From an uncultured archaeon (GTDB lineage Archaea; Asgardarchaeota; Lokiarchaeia; Sigyniarchaeales; Promethearchaeaceae): a stretch of DNA of 32,000 bases. This document shows positions 1 to 9,457 of this stretch, one piece after another; position 1 is the first letter of the stretch, and every line of letters begins with the position of its first letter. Below the pieces are notes generated by a model, which did no database searches, was not told where the DNA came from, and saw only the letters and a list, made by a program, of their open reading frames with translations. The stretch lies in assembly GCA_964426185.1 (NCBI GenBank), contig CAYRPF010000017.1:3158-35157 (forward strand). Reading direction: 5' to 3'. Made by a program: the position numbers and the translations under genes.

Positions 1-21
1 AACTTTCATTTTTTTCCATTT

Positions 22-77
22 CCGTGTTGAGGGCCTACCTTGATTCTCACGCCGAATATAACAATCTCTCAACACGG
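22..77 (-). promoter_or_regulatory. Stem-loop in the probable 5' leader of a minus-strand gene that runs off the left edge
   Basis: Perfect 10-bp inverted repeat CCGTGTTGAG (22-31) / CTCAACACGG (68-77); minus-strand ATGs at 19 and 9; TATA-like TTTATAT at about 121-115. Confidence 0.45.
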
Positions 78-122
78 CTTCTTGTTTTTCCGTTATTACA
101 CAAGTTAATTTGCATATAAATA

Positions 123-725
123 TTATTGGTGCTTAAATCTAACCATGCGCCAATCAAAATGATTTTGAAGTTTTGCAAGCAAATTAGGATAATATTTTTT
201 GTATTTATTTGCAAGAATTTTATATTCTTTAACGATATTCTCAATTTGTTCGATTTCGTTCTTTGATAGACTCCCGTTTTCCGAATTCTGATTATGGAGG
301 GGACATACAGAGGTAATCATAAGGTTATTTTGAAACCACACATATGGAAACAATTTACAAGTTAATGGTTTATAATCTTGGAGTAAACAGCCATCTGGGA
401 ACAAAAAGGGGCATTTTCCCCGCGTTTTAGGTAATGCTGCGATTTGATAAATTCCCTTTTGATCAGGAACCGTTAAGTCGATCAATAGATTATTACCAAA
501 CCAGTGTTGCCAAGTTTTAGAAGCCGCATTTAGATCGTGAGATTTTACTTCATAAATCACAATATCAGTAAGAAGATGAAGATATTGAGGAAGATCAATC
601 GCTTTTAAAATATAATAAATAGTATAATAATCTAAAACAATTGTGGGAACATCGTTACAGCACTTTTTACAAGTTTTACAAATAGTTATGGGCATTTCTA
701 AAAGAAATTTCGGTGTTAAATTCAT
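123..725 (-). CDS. YkgJ-family (CxxCxxCC) Zn/Fe-chelating cysteine-cluster protein
   Basis: Motifs CKTCKKCC, CPFL..GC, KPLTCKLFPY, CP; ATG at 725 overlaps the upstream stop (ATGA), so it is preferred over 737. Confidence 0.8.
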   Translation of the reverse strand: MNLTPKFLLEMPITICKTCKKCCNDVPTIVLDYYTIYYILKAIDLPQYLHLLTDIVIYEVKSHDLNAASKTWQHWFGNNLLIDLTVPDQKGIYQIAALPKTRGKCPFLFPDGCLLQDYKPLTCKLFPYVWFQNNLMITSVCPLHNQNSENGSLSKNEIEQIENIVKEYKILANKYKKYYPNLLAKLQNHFDWRMVRFKHQ

Positions 726-1108
726 ATTCCTTCCCAATCTGAAGCTTTCGAAGGAGGATTTTTAGATTTTAGTTCATTATATTTTTTTAATAATTCGTCA
801 TAGGAATCTTGCAAATCTTGCAGTTGTTGAGTTAAAAAGGAAATCATTTTTTGGGCGTCTTCCATTGATACAATGTTTCCTTCAGCATTTTGAAACATAG
901 TCTCTACATGTCGAATTTCGAGATTTTTGTCAATGTAAAGCATGGTTAAAATATCTCTTCCAGTATCAGGAGAATATGATTTAGGTGAATATTTATGAAT
1001 AAAAGAGTGTACAAATGGATAAGATGCCCTTCCTTCTGCAAAATCTTTAGGAAATTTAACTGTATGCTTGGTTTTGCATAATGGGCAATTATATGTCTTT
1101 GTAATCAT
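722..1108 (-). CDS. Hypothetical protein with N-terminal CPxC/His metal-binding motif and C-terminal coiled coil
   Basis: CPLC..H..YPFVH..H..LYIDKNLEIRHVE then heptad LTQQLQDLQDSYDELLKKYNEL; start 1108 or 1129; translationally coupled to the YkgJ gene. Confidence 0.7.
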   Translation of the reverse strand: MITKTYNCPLCKTKHTVKFPKDFAEGRASYPFVHSFIHKYSPKSYSPDTGRDILTMLYIDKNLEIRHVETMFQNAEGNIVSMEDAQKMISFLTQQLQDLQDSYDELLKKYNELKSKNPPSKASDWEGI

Positions 1109-1363
1109 TTTCTTAATCTCATAACACATTTAATTCCGATGATTTTAAAAGATATGGATATCGACACCTATTGCAGCATATTCCCTCCCTAATCAATATC
1201 ATCATAAAAAAGATCACCAAGGGATTGGCAGACAGCATTGTATTATAAAGTAATATGGAATGGGTTAAATTGTTCGGCATTACCACGTTCACGGATCGAA
1301 AAAATGGTGTTTTGTGTAAGAAAAAGAATAAAAACAAAAAATTCACTTTGAGATTTCCTAAAA

Positions 1364-2545
1364 TTACAACCGCTCCACAATCATGGCTTCGCCCATTCCG
1401 CCGCCAACACAGAGTGTTGCCAACCCATAGGTAGATTGTCGTTTCATCATTTCATACATAAGTGTAACTAAAATGCGCGCACCGGAAGCACCAATAGGAT
1501 GACCAAGTGCGATAGCACCACCATTAACATTAGTAATTTCTGGATTCAAGCCCAACTCTTTAATGACACAAAGGGATTGAGAAGCAAATGCTTCATTAGC
1601 TTCAACTAAATCAATTTCATCTAAGGTCAACCCTGTATTTTTTAAAACTTTTCGGCTGGCAGGTATAGGTCCTGTTCCCATGATACTCGGATCAACTCCA
1701 GCAGTCGCGTGGCCCACGATTCGAAAGAGTGGTTTTAATCCCAATTCATCTGCCTTTTCTTTACTCATAACAACCACCGCTGCGGCACCGTCATTAATTC
1801 CGGAAGCATTTCCAGCAGTGACGGTTCCATCTTTCTTAAAAGCAGGGCGGAGTTTAGATAATTTTTCAATTGTGGTCCCATCTCGGATGAATTCATCGGT
1901 ATCAAAGAGAATGGGTTCTTTCTTGCGTTGTGGAATTTCTACAGGCACAATTTCATCTTTAAATCGACCAGAATCGCGGGCTTTTGCAGCGCGCTGCTGA
2001 CTGGTTAATGCAAATTGATCTTGGTCATCTCGAGATATGTTCCATTGTTCCGCAATATTTTCAGCCGTGATACCCATGTGGTAATCATTAAACACTTCCC
2101 ATAATCCATCTTTCACCATTGTATCATATAATTCCCCATTACCCATTCGATACCCGAAACGAGCTTTCTTTAATACGTAAGGTGCCATTGACATATTTTC
2201 CGTACCGCCTGCAATAACTATATCATTATACCCAGATATGATAGTTTGATATGCTAATGATATAGATTTCAATCCAGAACCACAGATCATATTGATTGTA
2301 GTAGCTGGAGTTTCAACGGGAATTCCTGCATGGATAGATGCTTGTCGAGCCACTCCTTGGCCATATCCAGCTTGAAGTACGCATCCCATGAAAACTTCAT
2401 TTACAAGCTTTGGATCTAAAGAGATTCTGTCCATGGCATTTTTGATGACAATTTTGCCTAATTCAACGGCAGATATATTTTTCAAACCTCCCCCAAAAGA
2501 TCCAATAGGGGTACGAACAGCACTTACGATAACAACTTCCTTCAT
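1364..2545 (-). CDS. atoB: Acetyl-CoA C-acetyltransferase (thiolase II, bacterial type)
   Basis: [18 protein letters not shown]-terminus; catalytic TINMICGSG; NEAFA; [14 protein letters not shown]; CVGGGMG. Confidence 0.95.
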   Translation of the reverse strand: MKEVVIVSAVRTPIGSFGGGLKNISAVELGKIVIKNAMDRISLDPKLVNEVFMGCVLQAGYGQGVARQASIHAGIPVETPATTINMICGSGLKSISLAYQTIISGYNDIVIAGGTENMSMAPYVLKKARFGYRMGNGELYDTMVKDGLWEVFNDYHMGITAENIAEQWNISRDDQDQFALTSQQRAAKARDSGRFKDEIVPVEIPQRKKEPILFDTDEFIRDGTTIEKLSKLRPAFKKDGTVTAGNASGINDGAAAVVVMSKEKADELGLKPLFRIVGHATAGVDPSIMGTGPIPASRKVLKNTGLTLDEIDLVEANEAFASQSLCVIKELGLNPEITNVNGGAIALGHPIGASGARILVTLMYEMMKRQSTYGLATLCVGGGMGEAMIVERL

Positions 2546-2628
2546 GATATGAAAATGAATTAAGAACTCTTTATAAATGAAGTGAGAATTCAAAATAAGG
2601 AAATGAAAAAAAAAAATGCAAAAATAAC

Positions 2629-3462
2629 TTAATTGATATAATTATTACACTGTAGGCAAAATTTCTGATCTTTTTTGAGATAGGCTCCACAATATGGACA
2701 TTTTTTCATAGTATTTGGATCAAAATTGGAAGTATTTGAATCTGGAATGGAAATGGTAGGTTCATAAGTTCCAAAATCATCATCCTTATCTTTCTTTTTC
2801 TTCTTTCCTTTCTTCTTTTCTTTTTTGGGACTCTTTTGCTGAATTCCCTTCATTTGATATTCTACATCTTTTCCTGGTTTATACTTTAGAGCTCCAAAAA
2901 GAGCACCGAATGCACCGCCAATTAATCCGCCTTCCAAGCATGCTAAAATTATAGCTAAAACAGGATGTAGATCGGTTAACCCTCCAAATAAACCATTAAC
3001 AATTCCCAACCCAACAGTGCCGCTTAATACGACTGCAATAAGGATATAAATAATAATCCCCCATATAATATAGCCTACGGCTAACCATACTCCAATCATC
3101 AATCCTTGCTTCGCAGATTTTGCAAAAAGCAAAGCGGAAATTCCAATAGATAGAATCCAAGGAATAGCCAATGCTAATGCCATACCAGCTTCATCAGGAC
3201 GATAGATTAACATCCAATGAATCGGGAAAATCAAAACACTGAAAATACTCATTAATCCACCTAAAAGAATTGATCCAAACGCCCCTGCAGTCTCATTTCC
3301 AGTTACTAAGGAAAATATTCCACTTAATGCACTACCTACATTAACAAAAAGACTACCCGATATTGCATTAGTTAAATCGAAGAATGTAAAACTAATTCCA
3401 GCCATTAGCACTAAGCAACAAGATGTTAAACAATTTTGAAAACATTTTAAACAGAATCCCAT
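2629..3462 (-). CDS. Multi-pass membrane protein with Lys-rich linker and C-terminal zinc ribbon
   Basis: About 5-6 Gly-rich hydrophobic segments; [11 protein letters not shown] tract; terminal CPYC..FCLQC; RBS-like AAGGA upstream. Confidence 0.8.
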   Translation of the reverse strand: MGFCLKCFQNCLTSCCLVLMAGISFTFFDLTNAISGSLFVNVGSALSGIFSLVTGNETAGAFGSILLGGLMSIFSVLIFPIHWMLIYRPDEAGMALALAIPWILSIGISALLFAKSAKQGLMIGVWLAVGYIIWGIIIYILIAVVLSGTVGLGIVNGLFGGLTDLHPVLAIILACLEGGLIGGAFGALFGALKYKPGKDVEYQMKGIQQKSPKKEKKKGKKKKKDKDDDFGTYEPTISIPDSNTSNFDPNTMKKCPYCGAYLKKDQKFCLQCNNYIN

Positions 3463-3574
3463 AAATCCTTCTTAGTGTTTAAAGTAAAAAAGTTTTGTAT
3501 GGCTATTTTAAAATGTGCTAACATCCCGCTTAAAACCTTCTGTTAGTTCGTTAGGGCTTTTTACTTAACGTGAT

Positions 3575-3613
3575 GGTGTGTTAGACACCAAGAGTTTGGT
3601 GTTGGGGTGTCTA
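3575..3613. repeat. Nested short inverted repeats immediately after the galT stop
   Basis: TAGACACC (3582-3589)/GGTGTCTA (3606-3613); ACACCAA/TTGGTGT (3585-3602); GGTGT/ACACC (3575-3589). Confidence 0.4.
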
Positions 3614-4627
3614 TTTCAAAATATCTCTTAGTATCTGAGCATTTTTTTCCGGAAGAGCATCACTGATAAAATTATTTGTTCCCAATTCAACCCCAGCAAG
3701 GAATTTCCATTTATCTATACCTCTGAACGGCGTATAAAACTCGATATGGAAATGCCACAAATCTTTTCCCTCCAAATTGACAGGTGCGTTGAACATTGCC
3801 ATTACATAAGGCATTAGACGGCCGGAACCAATTAAAGCATCATATCGGTTAACAACAGACTTCATAATATATGCTAAATTATTGACTTGCTTTAAATTCA
3901 TCTCATTTATTGAAGAAAAGTGTTTTTTGGCAATAATATGCACTTCAAAAGCCCAATGAGCATAGAACGGAATCTCGGCAATAAAATCATCATTTTGTTC
4001 AATTATCCTAGATTGATCTTGCAATTCAGCTTTTATCACTTCACACATAAGACATTTTTGGTTAGAAGCATGATACTCCTTGAACGATTGCCATTTTTTC
4101 TTAATTTTCGGAGGTAAATAGGGAAAAGAATAGATTTGACCGTGTGGATGGGTCATAGAATTACCGATTTCTTTACCCCTATTTTCCATGATAAAGGGAT
4201 ACTTCATTTCCGGGAGTTTTCCTAATTCTCGAAATCTTTCCTGCCACAATTCAATTAAGGCTACTATATTATCATGAGAGAGTGTTCCAAAGGAGGCATA
4301 ATGATCTTGAGAATAAAGAATAACTTCACATTTTCCATAGTTTGATGCTTTTTTATAGATATTTCCCACAGTTTGAGGCATGAAAGGTAATGCATTTTCA
4401 TCTAAAGCCGCAAAACGATTGGGAAGTTGTTTTACTACCCAATTACCCGCACCTTCTGGGGCATCTGGGCAAAAAGGACAAGTCCAAGTTTTCTTGGGTT
4501 CTGATTCGAATTTTTTGCCTTGGAATGGCCTGATATTTCGTTTTGGTGAAAAAATTATCCATTCTTTTAGAAATGGATCCCATCTATGCTGAGGTTCGTC
4601 AAAACGATCAGATGGTTGTTGATTCAT
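3611..4627 (-). CDS. galT: Galactose-1-phosphate uridylyltransferase
   Basis: RWDPF..EWII.SPKR..RP, CPFCP, NRF, ENRG..IGNS.THPHGQ catalytic HxH motif, HFHIEF; likely start MNQQ at 4627. Confidence 0.95.
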   Translation of the reverse strand: MNQQPSDRFDEPQHRWDPFLKEWIIFSPKRNIRPFQGKKFESEPKKTWTCPFCPDAPEGAGNWVVKQLPNRFAALDENALPFMPQTVGNIYKKASNYGKCEVILYSQDHYASFGTLSHDNIVALIELWQERFRELGKLPEMKYPFIMENRGKEIGNSMTHPHGQIYSFPYLPPKIKKKWQSFKEYHASNQKCLMCEVIKAELQDQSRIIEQNDDFIAEIPFYAHWAFEVHIIAKKHFSSINEMNLKQVNNLAYIMKSVVNRYDALIGSGRLMPYVMAMFNAPVNLEGKDLWHFHIEFYTPFRGIDKWKFLAGVELGTNNFISDALPEKNAQILRDILK

Positions 4628-4791
4628 TTTTCTGCGTTCTCCAATAATATTTCTATGCAACTTGCTTTTTAAAAGATCATTCGCTATTTTCAATTTCAGA
4701 TGGAATAATGTAATGGAATATCCACATATCATCTAAATATTAATGGACTTGATTATGATTTTAACTATAGTTGATCCCAGTGGTCAAATAT

Positions 4792-6033
4792 ATGATTAGT
4801 AATTTCTTTGTCCTTAGAAATGGCTTACCAATTTCCAACATCACTATAGATCCCAAATATAATCTATCAAACGATGAAAATGATTTTACTCTAATCAGCG
4901 GATTTTTTCAAGCCATTACAAGTTTTGCGGATTCGGTAGAAAATCTGGGACAAATCGATGAAATTCAGATGACAGATATACTCTTCACTTTTCAGCGGAG
5001 ATCTTTAAAGGCTCAAAAGAGTGAATTGTTATTTATTTTGACCACTGAAGGATCTCTGGATAAGATCACCCGGAAAATCATTATTGAAGAAGCATCTTCC
5101 ACGTTCTTGCATATGTTTCGTAAAAAGCTCAAGCAAGAATGGAACGGCGATATAAAACCTTATCACAAATTTGATCAAGTATTTCGAGAAATTGTGGCCA
5201 AAGTTATGGAAAATTCAAAAATTGAGAGAGAAAAACCCAAAAATCAGAAAAAGAAACTGAAAAAGGAAAAAGCGAAGTACAAAATGCCGGAAATTTGCAC
5301 CACGGTCCCTCCAAATGTTTTTCTGACCATGACAAAATCTTCAAAATTTTCTGATAATAAATCTTTTACTTCCTCTCAAGTAAAAGCTCCAATTTTGCCA
5401 CCAGGAAAAATCAGCGATAGGTTTGAAAAATACCAAACAATTCAGTACGCCACCCGTGGACTCAAGCAATATCAAAATAGCAACACTATAGGCTTTAATA
5501 TTCGGACGAATCCTGCAAGATCTCATTTTTCAAATATCCAAGCCTTGCAAAAATTTACCCCTCAAGGTTTGATCGACCATCCTGTTGAACGATCTAATCA
5601 TATTTCACCCAATTATTATCAGTCTACCGGGTCTCAAATCCCTTATCAAGGTAATTTTAGCCCAAATCTTGGTTCTTGTTGCTTTCCATCCCAAACAATG
5701 CCTGAAATTAAAAATCGTCTAGTTTCTCCTAATAGAACTGATAATGAATTTTCAGCTGGATTTCAAAGAGGAATTCATAGTGGAGTTCAAAATGGATTTC
5801 AACAAGAACTCTATCGACCCACAGTTCAAAAATTAATCCCCTTAAAAAATCAAATTACTGCAGGAAAATTCCGACAAAACTTTCAGAACTCTTGGATTAA
5901 AGTATTAATGGTCGCCATTGACGGTCGAAAAACGCTTCAAAATCTGGCCGAATTGTTGGATATGCCTATGTCTGAAATAATAAATGCATGTCAATATTTA
6001 GAAGAGAGGGGTTATATTCGTTTTACCCGTTGA
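4792..6033 (+). CDS. Protein with N-terminal longin-like domain, disordered linker and C-terminal winged helix
   Basis: FFVLRNGLPI..LISGFFQAITSFA..IDEIQM..FTF..LFIL.. pattern of longin/roadblock-like domains; C-terminal IDGRKTLQNLAELLDM..IINACQYLEERGYI winged helix; ATG 4792 (frame open from TTG 4771). Confidence 0.7.
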   Translation: MISNFFVLRNGLPISNITIDPKYNLSNDENDFTLISGFFQAITSFADSVENLGQIDEIQMTDILFTFQRRSLKAQKSELLFILTTEGSLDKITRKIIIEEASSTFLHMFRKKLKQEWNGDIKPYHKFDQVFREIVAKVMENSKIEREKPKNQKKKLKKEKAKYKMPEICTTVPPNVFLTMTKSSKFSDNKSFTSSQVKAPILPPGKISDRFEKYQTIQYATRGLKQYQNSNTIGFNIRTNPARSHFSNIQALQKFTPQGLIDHPVERSNHISPNYYQSTGSQIPYQGNFSPNLGSCCFPSQTMPEIKNRLVSPNRTDNEFSAGFQRGIHSGVQNGFQQELYRPTVQKLIPLKNQITAGKFRQNFQNSWIKVLMVAIDGRKTLQNLAELLDMPMSEIINACQYLEERGYIRFTR

Positions 6034-7033
6034 GAATTGATCGAATCAAAGCAGGAATTATAATTGGATAATCGATTGTAGCAAAATATAGGCCTTGTAT
6101 GAGGTTTTTGTGTTTTAATTCTGTAATAAGAGGAGAATAATAATTAGTATTGATTTTATCGAACATTTTAGCCTTATTTTTCGAATTATCAGAATTTTGA
6201 GAGGCTATTTTATAAGCTTGTAAAAGTGATTTTGGAAACTTCACTCCAGGTAAAAAATTACTAATTTTCTTGGCGAGACTGTAATTATTTAATGGGACGA
6301 TTCCAGCCATAATCGGAATCTTCTCATGATGAAATTCTTTCAACAGGGGAATGACAGCTTCTGCTTGAAAAATTACTTGAGTTTGAATAAAATCAATACC
6401 TTCCGTTTTTTTCCTTTGAAAACGCGCCATTTCTATTTCTGGAAGAGAATTTTGTGGATTAATTACAGTTCCAACAACTAAACGAGGTGGAATAATACAA
6501 AAATCTTGGTCTGAATCTGCATTTTGACACAATTTATAATCAATACCTTGTGATTTTTCAAAATAATTCCCAAAGAGAGTTCCAGATTGATTAAATTCAT
6601 GGCAAAGGTGCAAAAGCTGAGTTGAATCCAAATCGAATACCGGTTTGCTGGAGGGAACACTTCCTAAAGAAGGGTGATCTCCCGTAACAAGAAGAAGGTT
6701 ACGAAATCCGAGAGAATAGGCGGTGATCAATCTAGTAGCCAACCCCAACCGATTAGTGTCCCGACATGATATACTTAATACTAAATCATATGGATACAGA
6801 GACTGAATTACTTGAGCAATGGCAATATTCGATAGAAAAATATTACTCCCGGGATTATCTGGAATAGCAAGCACAGAAGTATGCGATTTCAAGAAATTAG
6901 CTTGATTGCGATAAGTTTGAAGATCTAATGAAGTTGAATATTCGATTTCTCCTCCAAATACAAACTCTCCTTCTTGCATTCTACTCACGAAATGCTGTTT
7001 AGGTAAGTTCGAAATAGAATTGTTTACATGCAT
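6023..7033 (-). CDS. metF: 5,10-methylenetetrahydrofolate reductase
   Basis: PDNP, SCRDTNRLGL, NLLLVTGDHP, VFDLDS.QLL, DFIQTQ, IMAGIVPL; start ATG 7033 right after the metV stop with AGAGGTG RBS. Confidence 0.85.
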   Translation of the reverse strand: MHVNNSISNLPKQHFVSRMQEGEFVFGGEIEYSTSLDLQTYRNQANFLKSHTSVLAIPDNPGSNIFLSNIAIAQVIQSLYPYDLVLSISCRDTNRLGLATRLITAYSLGFRNLLLVTGDHPSLGSVPSSKPVFDLDSTQLLHLCHEFNQSGTLFGNYFEKSQGIDYKLCQNADSDQDFCIIPPRLVVGTVINPQNSLPEIEMARFQRKKTEGIDFIQTQVIFQAEAVIPLLKEFHHEKIPIMAGIVPLNNYSLAKKISNFLPGVKFPKSLLQAYKIASQNSDNSKNKAKMFDKINTNYYSPLITELKHKNLIQGLYFATIDYPIIIPALIRSILNG

Positions 7034-7035
7034 TT

Positions 7036-7350
7036 TTATTCCGCACCTCTGGGATAAATATGGCGCCAATCTAGGGGTGGGCAGTAACTGGAAAAATCTT
7101 TTTTGCGGTTTTGTTCTGCAAATCGGTAATAAATTTGAACCCAGATACATTCATTTTGGTATCCCCCAATTCTGCACTTGCCGTTTAGCATATCACTGCA
7201 TGGACCGTTTAGCATCGACTTTGGACATTGAACAAAGGGACAAATTCCCTTTGTTTCTTTTTTGAAACCTTCTGAACAGATCGTGCATCCATTTTGATTT
7301 AGGTCCAAGTTATCGTTTTCCTCCCGCTTACAGTGATACTGAAAAATCAC
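7036..7350 (-). CDS. metV: MetV-like (MTHFR C-terminal zinc-finger) partner subunit
   Basis: CTIC..GICP..QCPKSMLNGPC..GKC..ECIW..IY.R motif; directly upstream of metF; GTG start. Confidence 0.8.
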   Translation of the reverse strand: MIFQYHCKREENDNLDLNQNGCTICSEGFKKETKGICPFVQCPKSMLNGPCSDMLNGKCRIGGYQNECIWVQIYYRFAEQNRKKDFSSYCPPLDWRHIYPRGAE

Positions 7351-7422
7351 TTTATTTCAAAAATTTTTTCTTTTATAATCAAGAAATTTATGGGTAATCA
7401 CACATTTATCAATTTGAACACT

Positions 7423-8343
7423 ATGGAAGATACGGAAAAAAGTGCTTCAAAAATAAATTTAGAAGAAGAACTAACCCCTAACCATTTTAGTGAAGAAGTA
7501 AGAAAGATCCAAGCAAAATATAATATTATTGGTCGACGTAGAGAAATTCTTCTATTATTACTTGCATTACGGGCAAAAAAGCATGTTATTTTAGAAGGAG
7601 TCGTTGGAACGGGAAAAACTTACTTAGCGCGGGCTATTGCGGATTATGCCAATCACCACTTCTATCGAGTTGATGGTTCAGAAGATGTCCTAAGCCACAC
7701 TTTAACAGGCTACTATGATCCTCCAGCTGTTTTAAATCATGGTTATATCGAAGATTCTTTTCTTTTCGGTCCTTTGGCCTTAGCCATGAAAGAAGGGGGG
7801 TGTTTATTCATTAATGAACTCAACAGAATTCCTGAATCTACTCAAAACATCCTTCTTTCAGCATTAGATGAAAATACCTTGATTATCCCAAAGTTGGGAA
7901 AAATAGAAGCATCGGATAATTTCTTTACCATTGCCACCCAAAATCCAGAAGCTCATGTTGGTGTATCTGCTTTGGGCGAAGCATTAAAAGATCGATTTGT
8001 ATGGATAGAAGTAGATTATCAATCAGAAGAAGAAGAAATTGAAATTGTTAAATTAAATCTTGCTCCATCTGCCGTCCATCTTCAATTAATTTCTACTATG
8101 GCAGTTAAAATTACCGATATGACTAGATCACATCCTGATCTCAGACGAGGTGCATCCATTCGAGGGGCTATTGATTTAGCGAAATTAATTGAAGCATATG
8201 GAACAAAACCGGGGTTAAATTTTTGGAAACATGCAGCTATCATGGCCTTATATCCCAAAGTTGAATTAATGGATGGTTCTGATCGGAATATTAAAAAAAT
8301 TATTGAAGAAATCGTAGATACTGTATATACCCATTTTCACTAA
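7423..8343 (+). CDS. MoxR-family AAA+ ATPase
   Basis: IIGR..E, Walker A EGVVGTGKT, Walker B LFINELNR, ATQNP, LGEALKDRF, GASIRGAI; start could be 7390 or 7423. Confidence 0.9.
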   Translation: MEDTEKSASKINLEEELTPNHFSEEVRKIQAKYNIIGRRREILLLLLALRAKKHVILEGVVGTGKTYLARAIADYANHHFYRVDGSEDVLSHTLTGYYDPPAVLNHGYIEDSFLFGPLALAMKEGGCLFINELNRIPESTQNILLSALDENTLIIPKLGKIEASDNFFTIATQNPEAHVGVSALGEALKDRFVWIEVDYQSEEEEIEIVKLNLAPSAVHLQLISTMAVKITDMTRSHPDLRRGASIRGAIDLAKLIEAYGTKPGLNFWKHAAIMALYPKVELMDGSDRNIKKIIEEIVDTVYTHFH

Positions 8344-8483
8344 AGGCTGAGGATTCGAATTTCAATGAATCTAATGATGCCTTTCAGTCAATCGAAAGAT
8401 TAAGGCTTTCTAATTTAAAAGATCGTGACTTACTTAAATATGAGATACAACGAAAGTGCAGCTTCAAACGTCGGTATCAAAAA

Positions 8484-9455
8484 TTGGCTCAGAACTTAGG
8501 TTTTAAAGACATCAAGGATCTCACCCGGGTTTCAGCAGAATCAGATAATATTGAGGCTCTCATGGGGTTGGCCCGGACAAATATTTATGCAGTTACAGCC
8601 GAATTACAACAAACTCGATACTCACACTTTTTCAGCGAAAAATACAAGGAAAATAACACATCGTTTATTCCAGAACTATTTTTCATGGTTCGTTCTCATG
8701 CACCCCCATCATTTAAATTGATGTTACAGCGCTTAACTCGCTCAATTATACTCCGCTCTTCATTAAACATTTCAGGAAGGGGATCGAAAGGAAAATCACG
8801 TCATAGAATTAGGTATTTTCCAGGAATTCCTGAATTTGATTTAGATCAAACCCTTTTTAATTATATTCAAAACGGAAATAGATTAAATAATTATGATGAT
8901 ATTATCGGATTTGAGCGCCGTCAAAGAAAACGTCATGTTGTTTTGATGTTGGACACTTCAGGTTCGATGTTTGGAAAATTATTATTAAACGCAGCCCTAA
9001 CCACCTCTGTGCTTTCATATGCGATGGTTAAGGATTTTATCAGTATCATTTTATTTAATTCTGAACCGTATGTGATGAAATCGCTCACCGAGGAAAATCC
9101 ATTACCGAAACTAATTGATCAAATATTGGAAAGCGAAGCGGTTGGTTTTACAAATATTTCTTCTGCCCTGAAAAGAGGATTGAAGGAATTAAAAAAAATT
9201 CCCAATGGAAATCGAAAAATCGGAATTTTAATCACAGATGGCGATTACAATCGGGGAGACCATCCAGCAATTATTGCACGACAATTTCCAAGGTTACACG
9301 TGATAAACATGCCTTCAGAAATTCAAAAAGAGAGGATAACCCATGGCGTGTCAATTTGTCAACAAATTGCACAGGCAGGACGGGGGTTTTTTATACCAGT
9401 ATCAGATTTTAAGGAAATTCCACGGGCATTAATGAGGTTACTTTCTAAAATCTAA
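8484..9455 (+). CDS. von Willebrand factor A (vWA) domain protein, MoxR partner
   Basis: MIDAS LDTSGSM, GFTNIS.AL, ILITDG; frame is open from 8307, so the true N-terminus is uncertain (see findings). Confidence 0.85.
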   Translation: MAQNLGFKDIKDLTRVSAESDNIEALMGLARTNIYAVTAELQQTRYSHFFSEKYKENNTSFIPELFFMVRSHAPPSFKLMLQRLTRSIILRSSLNISGRGSKGKSRHRIRYFPGIPEFDLDQTLFNYIQNGNRLNNYDDIIGFERRQRKRHVVLMLDTSGSMFGKLLLNAALTTSVLSYAMVKDFISIILFNSEPYVMKSLTEENPLPKLIDQILESEAVGFTNISSALKRGLKELKKIPNGNRKIGILITDGDYNRGDHPAIIARQFPRLHVINMPSEIQKERITHGVSICQQIAQAGRGFFIPVSDFKEIPRALMRLLSKI

Positions 9456-9457
9456 CG

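Noticed and set aside
1119-1346. 75-aa minus-strand ORF, and an AUGAUGA C-box-like motif in the same intergenic region
   Set aside because: The ORF translates a T-rich terminator and promoter region; there is no CUGA D box at suitable distance for a C/D sRNA
7351-7400. In-frame TGA upstream of metV as selenocysteine
   Set aside because: The upstream sequence is promoter-like, with no MetV similarity and no SECIS-like element recognised
8290-8306. A7 run in MoxR as the frameshift site
   Set aside because: The -1 frame hits TGA at 8304-8306, so a slip here cannot reach the vWA domain
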